From positions 1,022,248 to 1,086,247 of the forward strand of contig CAWIBL010000012.1 in assembly GCA_963834325.1 (NCBI GenBank): DNA of 64,000 nt, read 5' to 3'. This document shows, in pieces, positions 1 to 11,499 of the stretch (within the stretch, counting starts at the first letter, position 1; each line of letters begins with the position of its first letter). The notes beneath the pieces were generated by a model, which searched no databases, was not told the origin of the DNA, and was given only the letters and a program-made list of their open reading frames with translations. Both the position numbers and the translations under genes were made by a program. This stretch comes from an uncultured Acidobacteriota bacterium. GTDB lineage: Bacteria; Acidobacteriota; Vicinamibacteria; Vicinamibacterales; UBA2999.

Positions 1-241
1 CAGCCGGCCCTGGTCGCGCAGGAGGAGCCCCGCCTGCCACACCAGCAGGGCCGCGCCGGCCGCCCAGAACGCCGCGCTCAGCCGGGGGTTGCCGCCCACC
101 CTGGGCAGCAGCGACATCGCCAGCAGGCCGACGGTGAGGGCCAACGGGACGGCCAGCGCGGACCTCGGCCCGGGCGGGGACGGCGGAGCTGACGGGCGGA
201 CCGGCGGCGGGGGATTGTTTCGAGCGGGTGGAGGCGGGCAT
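1..241 (-). CDS. 5' part of a probable membrane protein (runs off the window edge; possible +1 indel near the start)
   Basis: Minus-strand frame ending at nt 1 reads ...SALAVPLALTVGLLAMSLLPRVGGNPRLSAAFWAAGAALLVWQAGLLLRDQGRL (two hydrophobic helices, GC3-rich codons). The nearest ATG (241) is one base out of frame. Confidence 0.4.
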   Translation of the reverse strand, partial: MPASTRSKQSPAAGPPVSSAVPARAEVRAGRPVGPHRRPAGDVAAAQGGRQPPAERGVLGGRRGPAGVAGGAPPARPGPA

Positions 242-374
242 ACCGGGAACTGACGGGACTTGCCGTTTGTACACCACCGCTCCGCTGCCTGCAACCTCGC
301 CGGCATCCACGCCTGGCCCGGGGTAAACGCCGCCTCGGCCTCGACCCGGCGGCCCCCGTCCCGCCGGACGGTGG

Positions 375-404
375 TTGACAATCACCACGCCGGCACGCCA
401 TCCT
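375..404 (+). promoter_or_regulatory. sigma70-like promoter of PQQ dehydrogenase 1
   Basis: TTGACA (375-380), 18-nt spacer, CATCCT (399-404); the same elements precede the paralog. Confidence 0.6.
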
Positions 405-456
405 GACCAGCGCCACCGGACCAGGTTGTGGCGAAAATCACGGAGTACAGCCGCCC

Positions 457-2538
457 ATGAAGATTGCAGACGCCCGTCGTTGGATGCCCCACTCCCTCCT
501 TGGTGGGGCGGTCGTGTTGATCACCCTCGTGGTTGCCGGCGTGCCCGGCGGCGCCCAGCAGAAGGGTGATTGGACCACCATCACCGGCGGCGACACGTCC
601 ACCCGCTATTCGCCGCTCGACCAGATCAACGCCGCCAACTTCAACAACGTGAAGCTGGCGTGGGAATGGAAGGGCACCGACGTGGCGCCCGGCGTCGAGA
701 TCGGCGAGATCAACGCCCGCGGCCTGCCGATCTACGTCGACGGCATGCTCATCACCGTGTCGGGGCCGCGCCGCACCGTGGTGTCGCTCGACCCGGCCAC
801 CGGCAAGACGCTGTGGACGTTCCAGGAACCGACCACGCCGCGTCACGACTACTCGATGCGGTCGAACCACGGCAAGGGCGTGGCCTTCACCAAGATCAAC
901 GGCAAGAGCGTGGTCATCGTCACCACGCCGGGCTTCTTCGTGCATGCCCTCGATGCCGCGACCGGCAAGCCCATCGAAGGCTGGGGCGAGGCCGTGCCGG
1001 TGGCCGGCTTCGGCAAGTCCGGTTCGGTCGACATGCTCAAGGACCTGATTGCCGACTGGCAGCCCTGGAAGCAGACCGAGCAGAAGTACGACGCCAGCAA
1101 GGGCCTGCCCCTCGAACTCGGCTACATCACCACCTCGTCGCCGCCGATCGTCGTGAACGACGTGCTGGTCATCGGCAACTCGGCCGAGCAGGGCTACAAC
1201 CAGACCCGCATCGAGAACGTGCCCGGCGACATCCTCGGCTACGAGCTCAAGACCGGCAAGTTCCTGTGGAAGTTCCACGTCATCCCGCGGCCGGGCGAGT
1301 TCGGCCACGAGACGTGGGAGAACGACGCGTGGCGCTGGACCGGCGACGTCTCGTCGTGGGCGCCGATGTCGGCCGACCCGGCGCGCGGCCTGGTCTACAT
1401 CCCGACCAACGGTGCCACCATCGACTACTTCGGCGGCTTCCGCCCCGGCGACAACCTGTTCAGCACCAGCATCATCGCCCTCGACGTGAAGACCGGCAAG
1501 CGGGTCTGGCACCAGCAGCAGGTCAAGCACGACATCTGGAACTACGACAACCCGACCGCGCCGATCCTGCTCGACGTCAACGTCGGCGGCCGGCGCATCC
1601 CGGGCCTGTTCCAGATCACCAAGCAGTCTTACGTCTATTCCTACAACCGGCACACCGGTGAGCCGATCTGGCCGATCGAGATGCGGCCGGCGCCGCAGTC
1701 GAAGGTCCCGACCGAGAAGCTCTCGAAGGTGCAGCCGCACCCGACCAAGCCCAAGCCCTACGACTTCCAGGGCCGCAAGGAATCGGACGTCATCGACTAC
1801 ACGCCCGAGGTGAAGAAGCTCGCCCTCGAGCGCGTGCAGAAACTCGATCTGCTGGCCGAGCTGTTCGAACCGCCGCGCCACCGCGGCAACGCCGAGGGCA
1901 AGGGCCCCGCCAACATCTGCCCGGGCGGCAACGGCGGCGCCAACATCACCGGACCGCCGGCGGCCGACCCGGTGGCCGGGGTCATCTTCGTGACCTCGTA
2001 CGACGGCTGCTCGCCGACCTTGCTGCAGCCCGCCAGCGAACGGGACAACGACAAGATGACCGGCAAGACGCTGGCCGACTGGGTGCCGGTGCGTGGCGGC
2101 AAGCCGCCGGCTCCGCCGATGGAGAACGACCCGCTGCGCGGCTTCCCCTCGCTCTTCAAGGGTCCGGTCGGCCGCATCGTGGCCATCGACATGAACAGCG
2201 GCGAGCACCTGTGGATGATTCCCCACGGCGACACGGCCACGCGCGATCAGGAAGCCTTCCGCGACCAGCCGCTCATGAAGGGCGTCAGCTTCGACCCCAA
2301 CGTCGGGCGTCGCGGCCAGGCGGCGATGGCCGCCACCTCGACCTTGCTGCTGGCGACCGGTCAGACCGCCGACAACAAGCCCCACCTGTTCGGCATCGAC
2401 AAGAAGACCGGCAAGCGCGTCGGCGCGGTCGAAGTCCCGCGTCTCGGCGGCTACGGCCTGATGACCTACCTGCACCAGGGCAAGCAGTACGTCATCATCC
2501 CGATGAGCGGCGGCTACGCCGCGATGGCGCTGCCGTAA
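457..2538 (+). CDS. PQQ-dependent dehydrogenase (quinoprotein glucose/quinate dehydrogenase-like beta-propeller), secreted
   Basis: Signal peptide; [20 protein letters not shown]; repeated ALD..TGK..W propeller motifs; HDIWNYD; [12 protein letters not shown]-terminus. Confidence 0.9.
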   Translation: MKIADARRWMPHSLLGGAVVLITLVVAGVPGGAQQKGDWTTITGGDTSTRYSPLDQINAANFNNVKLAWEWKGTDVAPGVEIGEINARGLPIYVDGMLITVSGPRRTVVSLDPATGKTLWTFQEPTTPRHDYSMRSNHGKGVAFTKINGKSVVIVTTPGFFVHALDAATGKPIEGWGEAVPVAGFGKSGSVDMLKDLIADWQPWKQTEQKYDASKGLPLELGYITTSSPPIVVNDVLVIGNSAEQGYNQTRIENVPGDILGYELKTGKFLWKFHVIPRPGEFGHETWENDAWRWTGDVSSWAPMSADPARGLVYIPTNGATIDYFGGFRPGDNLFSTSIIALDVKTGKRVWHQQQVKHDIWNYDNPTAPILLDVNVGGRRIPGLFQITKQSYVYSYNRHTGEPIWPIEMRPAPQSKVPTEKLSKVQPHPTKPKPYDFQGRKESDVIDYTPEVKKLALERVQKLDLLAELFEPPRHRGNAEGKGPANICPGGNGGANITGPPAADPVAGVIFVTSYDGCSPTLLQPASERDNDKMTGKTLADWVPVRGGKPPAPPMENDPLRGFPSLFKGPVGRIVAIDMNSGEHLWMIPHGDTATRDQEAFRDQPLMKGVSFDPNVGRRGQAAMAATSTLLLATGQTADNKPHLFGIDKKTGKRVGAVEVPRLGGYGLMTYLHQGKQYVIIPMSGGYAAMALP
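1141..1626 (+). repeat. Near-identical block shared with the paralog (copy 1; copy 2 at 3395-3880)
   Basis: By-eye alignment at offset 2254 gives about 9 mismatches in 486 nt; 742-809 also matches 2996-3063. Confidence 0.85.
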
Positions 2539-2627
2539 CCAGCGCCTTCCCGCCACCTGCTGGCGCATCTACCGGGCCGGGTTTCGCCTCGAGGGCGACG
2601 CCCGGCCCGTCTGCGTGTACGGCGTGA

Positions 2628-2656
2628 TTGACAAATCGCCCGGCCCGCAGCATCCT
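2628..2656 (+). promoter_or_regulatory. sigma70-like promoter of PQQ dehydrogenase 2
   Basis: TTGACA (2628-2633), 17-nt spacer, CATCCT (2651-2656). Confidence 0.6.
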
Positions 2657-2710
2657 TGCCCGGCGATTTCCGTCGTTTCTCCCACTGCCATCGAGGGAGC
2701 GTAGGTGCAC

Positions 2711-4792
2711 ATGACGTCAGCTCAGGCCCGCAACTGGATCCCGCACGCACTGCTCGGCGCCGCCGCCGTCGTGGTGGCCATGATCGTCGCCGGCCTCAGC
2801 GGCGACGCGCAGCAGAAGACCGATTGGGCGGCCATCACCGGTGGCGACACGTCCACCCGCTACTCGCCCGTCGACCAGGTCAACGCCGCCAACTTCGGGT
2901 CGCTCAAGGTGGCCTGGGAATGGAAGGGCGCCGATCTGCCGCCCGGCATGGAACTCGGCGAGGTCAACGGCCGCGGGCTGCCGATCTACGTGAACGGCAT
3001 GCTCATCACCGTGTCGGGGCCGCGCCGCACCGTGGTGTCGCTCGACCCGGCCACCGGCAAGACCATCTGGGCCTTCCAGGAGCCGCTCACGCCGCGCCAC
3101 GAATACTCGATGCGCTCGAACCACGGCAAGGGCGTGACGTTTGCCAAGATCAACGGCCGCGACGCGGTCATCGTGGCCACGCCCGGCTTCTTCCTGCACG
3201 CGCTCGACGCCAAGACCGGCAAGCCGCTCGAGGGTTGGGGCACAGGCGTGCCGGTGGCCGGCTTCCCGAAGACCGGCTCGATCGACCTGCTGCAGGATGT
3301 CATCGCCGACTGGGGCCCGTGGAAGCAGTCGGAGCTGAAGTACGACGCGGCCAAGGGCCTGCCGCTCGAACTGGGCTACATCACCAGTTCGTCGCCGCCG
3401 ATCGTGGTGAACGACGTGCTGGTCGTCGGCAACTCGGCCGAGCAGGGCTACAACCAGACCCGCATCGAGAACGTGCCCGGCGACATCCTCGGCTACGACC
3501 TCAAGACCGGCAAGTTCCTGTGGAAGTTCCACGTCATCCCGCGGCCGGGCGAGTTCGGCCACGAGACGTGGGAGAACGACGCGTGGCGCTGGACCGGCGA
3601 CGTCTCGTCGTGGGCGCCGATGTCGGCCGACCCGGCCCGCGGCCTGGTCTACGTCCCGACCAACGGCGCGACCATCGACTACTTCGGCGGCTTCCGCCCC
3701 GGCGACAACCTGTTCAGCACCAGCATCATCGCCCTCGACGTGAAGACCGGCAAGCGCGTCTGGCACCAGCAGCAGGTCAAGCACGACATCTGGAACTACG
3801 ACAATCCGACCGCGCCGATCCTGCTCGACGTCAACGTCGGCGGCCGGCGCATCCCGGGCCTGTTCCAGATCACCAAGCAGGCGTGGGTCTATTCCTACAA
3901 CCGCCACACCGGCGAGCCGATCTGGCCGATGGAAGAGCGGCCCGTGCCCGCGTCCAAGGTGCCCGGCGAGAAGCTGGCCAAGACGCAGCCGTTCGTGACC
4001 AAGCCGGCGCCGTTCGACCTCCAGGGGCGCACCGAGGCGCACCTCATCGACTACACCCCCGAGGTCCGGAAGCTGGCGCTCGAGCGCGCCAAGAAGCTCG
4101 ACCTGCTCGACCCGCTCTTTGCGCCGCCGGTGCACCGCGGCAACGCCGAAGGTCGCAAGGCCGCCAACATCTGCCCGGGTGGCGGCGGCGGCGCCAACAT
4201 CACCGGACCGCCCGCGGCCGACCCGGCCACCGGCGTCATCTTCATCGCCTCGGTGAGCGGCTGCTCGCCCACGACGCTGGCGCCTTCGGCCGAGCGCGAC
4301 ACGCCGCAGATGACCGGCAAGACGCTGGCCCAGTGGATCAGCACGCACGAGCCGAGCCGGCCCGAGCCGCCGATGGCCAGCGATCCGCTGGCCGGCATCC
4401 CCGATATCTTCAAGGGCCCGATCGGCCGCATCACGGCCATCGACATGAACACCGGCGAGCACCTGTGGATGATTCCCTACGGCGACATGGCACAGGGGCA
4501 GCAGGACGCCTTCAAGAACAACCCGCTCCTCAAGGGCGTGGAGGTCGACACCAACTGGGGCCGGCGCGGCACGGCCGCCCTGGCCGCCAGCCCCACGCTG
4601 CTGTTCTCGGCGGGCCAGACGGCCGACAACAAGCCCAACCTGTTCGGCATCGACAAGAAGACCGGCAAGCGCGTGGGGGCCATCCCGACGCCGCGGCTCG
4701 GCCAGTACGGCCTGATGACCTACCTGCACGCGGGCAAGCAGTACATCGTGATGCCGGTCACCGGCGGTTACCAGACCCTGGCGCTGCCGTAA
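2711..4792 (+). CDS. PQQ-dependent dehydrogenase, tandem paralog
   Basis: Colinear with 457..2538 and has the same motifs; ATG 2711 follows GAGGGAG (the ORF track starts at GTG 2705). Confidence 0.9.
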   Translation: MTSAQARNWIPHALLGAAAVVVAMIVAGLSGDAQQKTDWAAITGGDTSTRYSPVDQVNAANFGSLKVAWEWKGADLPPGMELGEVNGRGLPIYVNGMLITVSGPRRTVVSLDPATGKTIWAFQEPLTPRHEYSMRSNHGKGVTFAKINGRDAVIVATPGFFLHALDAKTGKPLEGWGTGVPVAGFPKTGSIDLLQDVIADWGPWKQSELKYDAAKGLPLELGYITSSSPPIVVNDVLVVGNSAEQGYNQTRIENVPGDILGYDLKTGKFLWKFHVIPRPGEFGHETWENDAWRWTGDVSSWAPMSADPARGLVYVPTNGATIDYFGGFRPGDNLFSTSIIALDVKTGKRVWHQQQVKHDIWNYDNPTAPILLDVNVGGRRIPGLFQITKQAWVYSYNRHTGEPIWPMEERPVPASKVPGEKLAKTQPFVTKPAPFDLQGRTEAHLIDYTPEVRKLALERAKKLDLLDPLFAPPVHRGNAEGRKAANICPGGGGGANITGPPAADPATGVIFIASVSGCSPTTLAPSAERDTPQMTGKTLAQWISTHEPSRPEPPMASDPLAGIPDIFKGPIGRITAIDMNTGEHLWMIPYGDMAQGQQDAFKNNPLLKGVEVDTNWGRRGTAALAASPTLLFSAGQTADNKPNLFGIDKKTGKRVGAIPTPRLGQYGLMTYLHAGKQYIVMPVTGGYQTLALP
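3395..3880 (+). repeat. Near-identical block shared with the paralog (copy 2)
   Basis: See 1141-1626. Confidence 0.85.
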
Positions 4793-4821
4793 GCTCCGCG
4801 CCTGGCGCGCCTTCGTCTCAC

Positions 4822-4853
4822 CGAAGGGCCGGTCTCATGGGACCGGCCCTTCG
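4822..4853. terminator. Hairpin between convergent genes (probable terminator)
   Basis: CGAAGGGCCGGTC-tcatgg-GACCGGCCCTTCG, perfect 13-bp stem, no strong U-tract. Confidence 0.6.
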
Positions 4854-4885
4854 CATGTACGCCCGCCGCGTGTCGCCGGTGAGCG

Positions 4886-5674
4886 CTAGCAGGGGCGGCA
4901 ACGCGCGGCGAGCAGTCCGGTGGCCAGGCCGAGATCGAGATCGGCGACGAGCAGACCGGCCTGACCGTAGGGCTGATAGCTGTGGAGCGTGCCGTCGGGA
5001 CGGGCCACCGCCGAGGTCGTGGGCGAACCCTCGCCGGCGCAGTTGGCCGCCGCCACCCAGCAGGTGTTCTCGGCGGCCCGGCACAGGATGGCCTTCTCGT
5101 GGAAGCTGTTGGCCGGATCGGCGAAGGTGACCGGCCGGTAGCTGCCCGGCTCGGCTTCGTGGAAATGCGGGATGAACACCACCTGTGCGCCGCGCCGGGC
5201 CGCCCAGCGCGCCGCTTCCGGGTAGCGCCACCCTTCGTGGCAGATGGCGAAGCCGAAGGTGAGCGGGCCGGCCCGGAAGACGCGGCGTTCGTCCCCGGCG
5301 GCAAACAGTTGTTCTTCCGACGGATCGAGCTGCACCTTGTCCTGCACGCCGGCGATGGTCCCGTCGCGGTTCACGACCAGCATGGTGATGCGCAGGTCGT
5401 CGTTCACGAAGCGCTCGGTGCCGAGGGCCACGGTGATGTCGGCGCTGGCGGCGGCGGCCGCCACTGCCTTCCACGCCCGCGCCAGGAACGCCCGATCGGG
5501 CGGCGGCACGGCCCGCGCCGGTGCGCGGTAGCCGGGCACGTAGCACTCCGGAAAGCAGATGACGCCGGCCCGTTCGCGGCCGGCCTGCGCGATGGCCTCC
5601 ACCGCCAGGGCCACCGATTCGTCCGGCGTGGCGGGGAAGGCCAGGTTGGCAAGCGCGATGCGGTAGGTGCTCAT
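4886..5674 (-). CDS. Carbon-nitrogen hydrolase (nitrilase superfamily)
   Basis: Catalytic triad motifs CFPECY (Glu), QDKVQL (Lys), AICHEG (Cys); RAAEN. Confidence 0.9.
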   Translation of the reverse strand: MSTYRIALANLAFPATPDESVALAVEAIAQAGRERAGVICFPECYVPGYRAPARAVPPPDRAFLARAWKAVAAAAASADITVALGTERFVNDDLRITMLVVNRDGTIAGVQDKVQLDPSEEQLFAAGDERRVFRAGPLTFGFAICHEGWRYPEAARWAARRGAQVVFIPHFHEAEPGSYRPVTFADPANSFHEKAILCRAAENTCWVAAANCAGEGSPTTSAVARPDGTLHSYQPYGQAGLLVADLDLGLATGLLAARCRPC

Positions 5675-5711
5675 GAACGCGGTCCCCGAAAGCCAGCCCC
5701 CAGGACGACGG

Positions 5712-7406
5712 TCAACGCGGCGGGCTCAGCCGATCGACGTCGCGGCGGTCGCCGAGCAGTTCCCAGCGCACCAGTGCCAGCGGCACGTTGCCGTTCTTCC
5801 ACAGGAAGTCGTGAAACGCGCGCAGCGAGAAGCGCTCGCCCTGGGCCCGCCGCGCGTCGGCGAGCAGGCTGGTGATCTGCAGCTTGCCGATCTGGTAGGT
5901 GATGCCCTGGCCCGGTCCGGCGGCAAACGACGCCGCTTCTTCGAGCGCGGTGGCGCGGTCCATGGGGACGGTCCGCTCGAGGTAGTCGGCGGCCTGGGGG
6001 ATGGTGAACATCCCGGTGGCCAGCTTCACGTCGACTTCGACGCGCAGCGAGCGCAGCCGGGCGAAGTTGTAGATGATCTCGCGGGAGCGGGGGCTGTCGG
6101 CCCACAGCCCGGCCTGCAGCATCATCTCCTCGGCGTAGAAGCCCAGCCCCTCGTTGGCGCCCGAGTCGTAGTAGTGGCGGCGAATCGGGTTCTCGTGCGC
6201 CCAGCCGATGGCCAGTTGCAGGTAGTGGCCGGGCACCCCTTCGTGCACGATGATCGGCCGCGGGTCGCGCGCGGTCGACAGGTAGAAGTAGGGCAGGTCG
6301 GGCCGGGGCGCGCGGATGTAGCTGACGGCGTTCTCGTGCAGGCGCGCCGGTCCGGTCAGATCGTCGGTCACGCCGAGGAAGGCGAGGGGCGCCAGGTAGG
6401 GCGGCAGCAGCTGGTTCAGGTAGTGCTGCACGCCGGGGGGCACGGTGAGCAGGCCTTCGCGTTCGAGGAACTGCCGGATCTCGGCTTCCTGCCGGGCCGA
6501 TGTGGCCACCTGCGTGGCTGCGTCGGGAAAGATTGACGGCGGCGGCAGCGCCCGGTTGCGGCCCTGCTCCAGCGCCTCGAAGGCGACGGCCCGCTCCCAT
6601 TCCTGCCGGCCCATGGCCAGCAGCTCCTCGGGCGTGTAGGGCACGAGCGCCACCTCGCGCAGGAAGCGCGCGTAGGCCTCGCGGCCGACGGTGGTGTCGC
6701 CGTTCATGCGGGGCAACCGCGCGTCGAGCCAGCGCCGCAGGTCGACGAGCGCGGTGGCGGCGCGGGCCGCCGGCGCGGCAAAGCGGCCGCGGTGGCTGGG
6801 CACGGCGGCGTCGAGTTCGCGCGCCAGCGTCGTGAGCCGCGTGTCGATGTCGGCGAGCGTGTCGATGGCCAGGCGGGCAAACGGCGCGCGCGGGTCGTCG
6901 AGATTGGCCTTGGCCTGGTCGACGATCTGCGGCACATGCGCCAGCCGCTCGACGACGAGTTCGGCGCGCGCGCCGCTTACCGGCGGCACCGGCACCAGCA
7001 CGTCGAAGACCGGCCCGAGCGCCTGCTGGATGTAGAACGCCGGATCGCGGCGCCAGGCCGGCGCGCCGTCGAGTTCCCAGCGCACGCGGGCCAGGGCCGA
7101 GCCGATCAGCCGATGGTCGACCTGACGCGGCACGGGCCACGACGATGGATCGAGGGCGCCGTGACGCGCGGTCAAGGCCGCCAGGGTGGCGCGGCGGCTG
7201 GCCATGGCCGCGGGCGACCAGTCGGGCAACCAGCCGGCCGGGCGGTCGAGGCGGGGGATGTCGTCTCCCGACGACGGCTGGGTGACGGCCCGCCACGTCC
7301 AGAAATCGCGCGCCAGATCGTCGAGCGGATCGGCGGCGGCCGGCCGGGCCAGGCCCAGGGGGGCGAGCGCGGCGCAGACGACCAGCGAGGCCAGGGTGAG
7401 TCGCAT
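5712..7406 (-). CDS. DUF885 family secreted protein (putative zinc metallopeptidase)
   Basis: Signal peptide; HEGVPGH..Q, NEGLGFYAE and PGQGITYQIGK motifs typical of DUF885. Confidence 0.85.
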   Translation of the reverse strand: MRLTLASLVVCAALAPLGLARPAAADPLDDLARDFWTWRAVTQPSSGDDIPRLDRPAGWLPDWSPAAMASRRATLAALTARHGALDPSSWPVPRQVDHRLIGSALARVRWELDGAPAWRRDPAFYIQQALGPVFDVLVPVPPVSGARAELVVERLAHVPQIVDQAKANLDDPRAPFARLAIDTLADIDTRLTTLARELDAAVPSHRGRFAAPAARAATALVDLRRWLDARLPRMNGDTTVGREAYARFLREVALVPYTPEELLAMGRQEWERAVAFEALEQGRNRALPPPSIFPDAATQVATSARQEAEIRQFLEREGLLTVPPGVQHYLNQLLPPYLAPLAFLGVTDDLTGPARLHENAVSYIRAPRPDLPYFYLSTARDPRPIIVHEGVPGHYLQLAIGWAHENPIRRHYYDSGANEGLGFYAEEMMLQAGLWADSPRSREIIYNFARLRSLRVEVDVKLATGMFTIPQAADYLERTVPMDRATALEEAASFAAGPGQGITYQIGKLQITSLLADARRAQGERFSLRAFHDFLWKNGNVPLALVRWELLGDRRDVDRLSPPR

Positions 7407-7514
7407 CGCCGGCCAGTCTATCCGACGTATCTGGACGAGGGCCAGCCGGGGCGACGCGGCGAGCCGCCGCCGCCCAGCGACGGTTCCGCGGCAAACGGAT
7501 TATCGTTGGAGCCC

Positions 7515-9776
7515 ATGGCCCGCGTGTCCGTCGCTCTCATGCTCTTCATCCCCGCCCTGCTCGCCCTGCCCGCGGTGGCGTCGAGTCAATCGGCCGCGCC
7601 GCCAGCCCTGACCGTCCAACGCGTGGCCTCGTTGCCGAGCCTGATTGGCACGCCGCCTTCAGCGATTACCTGGTCGCCCGACAGCAGCCGCGTCGCCTTT
7701 TTGTGGAACGACAGCGGCTGGCCCTACCGCGACGTGTGGACGGCCGCCGCCGACGGCACCGGGCTGCGCCGCGTCACCGATTTCGAGCGCCTCGATCCCG
7801 CGCCCGCGCCACCGGCCGGACCGAGCACGGCGGCCCTGGCCGCCCGGGCCGCGGCGCGGGCCCGCACCGGCGCCAGCGAAGTGCTGTGGACGCCCGACGG
7901 CGCGCTGCTCGCCGTGCACCGCGGGCGGCTTTTCCGCGTGGCCGCTGACGGCGGACCGCCCGAGCGCCTGCCGGTCGGCGAGGACGTGTCGGACGTGTCG
8001 CTGTCGCCCGACGGCAGGCGGGTGGCGTTCCTGCGCGACGGCGACCTGTGGCTGTGGGCCGGCGGCGGGGACGCGGTCCGGCGCCTGACCACGATTGGCG
8101 TCGCCGGCATCGGCAAGGTGCCGCTCGGCAGCTACAACAAACCCGATCGCGAGGTCGGCACGGGCGTGTGGGGCGCCGACTGGCTGCCCTACGCCTGGTC
8201 GCCCGATGGGCAGACGATCGCCTTCCACGCCTCGGATCGCCGGCACCTGCGGGCCGTGCCGTTTCCGTCCTATCTCGGTCCCGAGACCATCGAGAGTTCG
8301 CTGCGCCGCGGCTATCCCGGCGACGAGAACGAACGGCGCACATTGTCGCTGCTGCGCCTCGGCACCGGGGCGATCGAGGCGGTGGACCTGGAGGCGCCGG
8401 GACGGCGCGGCATCAGCGACTTCCAGTGGTCGCCGTCGGGCCGGCTGCTCATCGACCAGGTCTCGGACACCGGGGCCGAGCGGTGGCTCGCCGTCGTCGA
8501 GCCCGGGACGAACACGCCGAAGGTGGTCTGGCACGACCGCCGCGACTCGCGCATCTACCCCGCCTACGTGGCCCGCTGGCACCCCGACGGGAGGCGCCTG
8601 GTGGTGGTGGCCGACCTCGGCGAGCGCGATCAGCTCTTCGTCATCGATCCCGATGCGGCCCGGCCGGCGCCGGTGGCGATCACGCCCGCAACCTGGGACG
8701 TGGCCGGCGAGCGCGGCGCCGCCACCGTCATTGCCCACGCCGCGACCAACGCGATCTACTTCACCGGCACCGGCCGTGGTCCCTACGAGCGGCACGTCTA
8801 CCGGCTCGGCGACGGCGACAGCGCCCCGGTGGCCCTGACCTCGATGCCCGGCGTTCACGTGCCCGTGCTCTCACCCGACGGACGGAAGCTCGCGTCGCTG
8901 TGGTCCGACGACGTGACGCCGCCGGAACTGCTCCTCGGCGAGGCCCGGCCGGGCGCCCCGTTGACCCGCGTCACCACCTCGCCGCCGCCGGAGTTCGCGG
9001 CCCAGCCCTGGGTCCGCGCGCGCTACCAGACCTTCACCAACCGCGTCGACGGCTTCCCGGTGCACGCCCGCATCCAGGAGCCGGCCGATCTCGATCGGAG
9101 CAAACGGCATCCGGTGCTCTTCGGGCCGATCTACTCGAACACCGTCCGCAACCGGTGGGGAGGCTTGAATGGCACGCTGCAGCAGTTCCTCGTGCAGCAG
9201 GGCTACATCGTGGTGCAGGTGGACGTGCGCGGCAGCGTCGGCTACGGGCGGGCCTTCCGCGAGGCCTTCCTCATGGACTACGGCGGCAAGGATCTCGACG
9301 ACCTGCAGGCGGTCGTCGACGGCCTCGGGGTGCTGCCCTACGTGGACCGGCAGCGGATGGGCATCTTCGGCAGCAGCTACGGCGGCCTGCTGAGCGCCTA
9401 CGCGCTGCTCAAGCGCCCCGGCCTGTTTGCGGCCGGTGTGGCCGGCGCCCCGGCCACCGACCCCTACGCCTTCGGTCCCGACGATGTCGCCATCACGCGC
9501 TCGCCCGAGACCCACCCCGAGGCCTTCGCGCGCGGCTCGGCGCAGGAACTCGGCGCCGACCTGCGCGACCACCTGCTCATCATCCACGGCATGATGGACG
9601 ACGTCGTGCCCTTCCGCACCACCCTGGCCCTGGCCGAGCGGCTCATGCTGCTCGGCAAGGACTTCGATCTGGCCACGGCTCCCGCCGCCACCCACGCCTG
9701 GTCGGCCCGGGAGCACTACGCCGTCTACTTCTTTCGGAAGCTCACGCAGTTCTTCGATCGCGTCCTCAAGAACTAG
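7515..9776 (+). CDS. S9 family peptidase (dipeptidyl-peptidase IV-like)
   Basis: Signal peptide; WSPDG propeller repeats; DVRGSVGYG, GSSYGG nucleophile, HGMMDDVV, ATH. Start ATG 7515 lies within ORF 6792..9776. Confidence 0.9.
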   Translation: MARVSVALMLFIPALLALPAVASSQSAAPPALTVQRVASLPSLIGTPPSAITWSPDSSRVAFLWNDSGWPYRDVWTAAADGTGLRRVTDFERLDPAPAPPAGPSTAALAARAAARARTGASEVLWTPDGALLAVHRGRLFRVAADGGPPERLPVGEDVSDVSLSPDGRRVAFLRDGDLWLWAGGGDAVRRLTTIGVAGIGKVPLGSYNKPDREVGTGVWGADWLPYAWSPDGQTIAFHASDRRHLRAVPFPSYLGPETIESSLRRGYPGDENERRTLSLLRLGTGAIEAVDLEAPGRRGISDFQWSPSGRLLIDQVSDTGAERWLAVVEPGTNTPKVVWHDRRDSRIYPAYVARWHPDGRRLVVVADLGERDQLFVIDPDAARPAPVAITPATWDVAGERGAATVIAHAATNAIYFTGTGRGPYERHVYRLGDGDSAPVALTSMPGVHVPVLSPDGRKLASLWSDDVTPPELLLGEARPGAPLTRVTTSPPPEFAAQPWVRARYQTFTNRVDGFPVHARIQEPADLDRSKRHPVLFGPIYSNTVRNRWGGLNGTLQQFLVQQGYIVVQVDVRGSVGYGRAFREAFLMDYGGKDLDDLQAVVDGLGVLPYVDRQRMGIFGSSYGGLLSAYALLKRPGLFAAGVAGAPATDPYAFGPDDVAITRSPETHPEAFARGSAQELGADLRDHLLIIHGMMDDVVPFRTTLALAERLMLLGKDFDLATAPAATHAWSAREHYAVYFFRKLTQFFDRVLKN

Positions 9777-9798
9777 CCGCCGACCCGAGCGCGGGCCG

Positions 9799-11217
<1,419 letters not shown>

Positions 11218-11243
11218 CGGTTAAGGTCTCCGTGGACAGGTTA

Positions 11244-11321
11244 TGCCGGCCGGCCGACATGGCCACCCGGAAAGTGTCAGCCGGTTGACACTTTCTCGAC
11301 AAAATTGTCAGACGGCCGCCA
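11244..11321. promoter_or_regulatory. Three phased palindromic operator-like sites between divergent gdhA and mreB-like genes
   Basis: TGCCG-GCCGGC-CGACA (11244), TGTCA-GCCGGT-TGACA (11275; extends to the 26-bp palindrome GAAAGTGTCA-N6-TGACACTTTC, 11270-11295) and TGTCA-GACGGC-CGCCA (11306); spacing is exactly 31 nt. Confidence 0.7.
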
Positions 11322-11499
11322 CTCCGCGTCGTCCTGCCCGGCGCGCTACGCGGCGCCAACCCGGGCAAAAGGTTCAGAAGTCGCCGCCGTCGCCCATGAT
11401 TGCACGGGGCGGCGGGCAAAGCGCACGGCGTCGGGCATCCGGCACGTCCTTTGCCACGATGGCGGCCAGTATCCCGCCCATTTCCTGAGTCAACGAGCC

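Noticed and set aside
382-4729. Long antisense ORFs (382..2568 and 2717..4729) opposite the PQQ genes, and similar ones opposite M16 (43328..46333), UbiD and ettA
   Set aside because: Shadow ORFs caused by strong GC3 bias; no motifs, and the sense genes are clearly recognisable.
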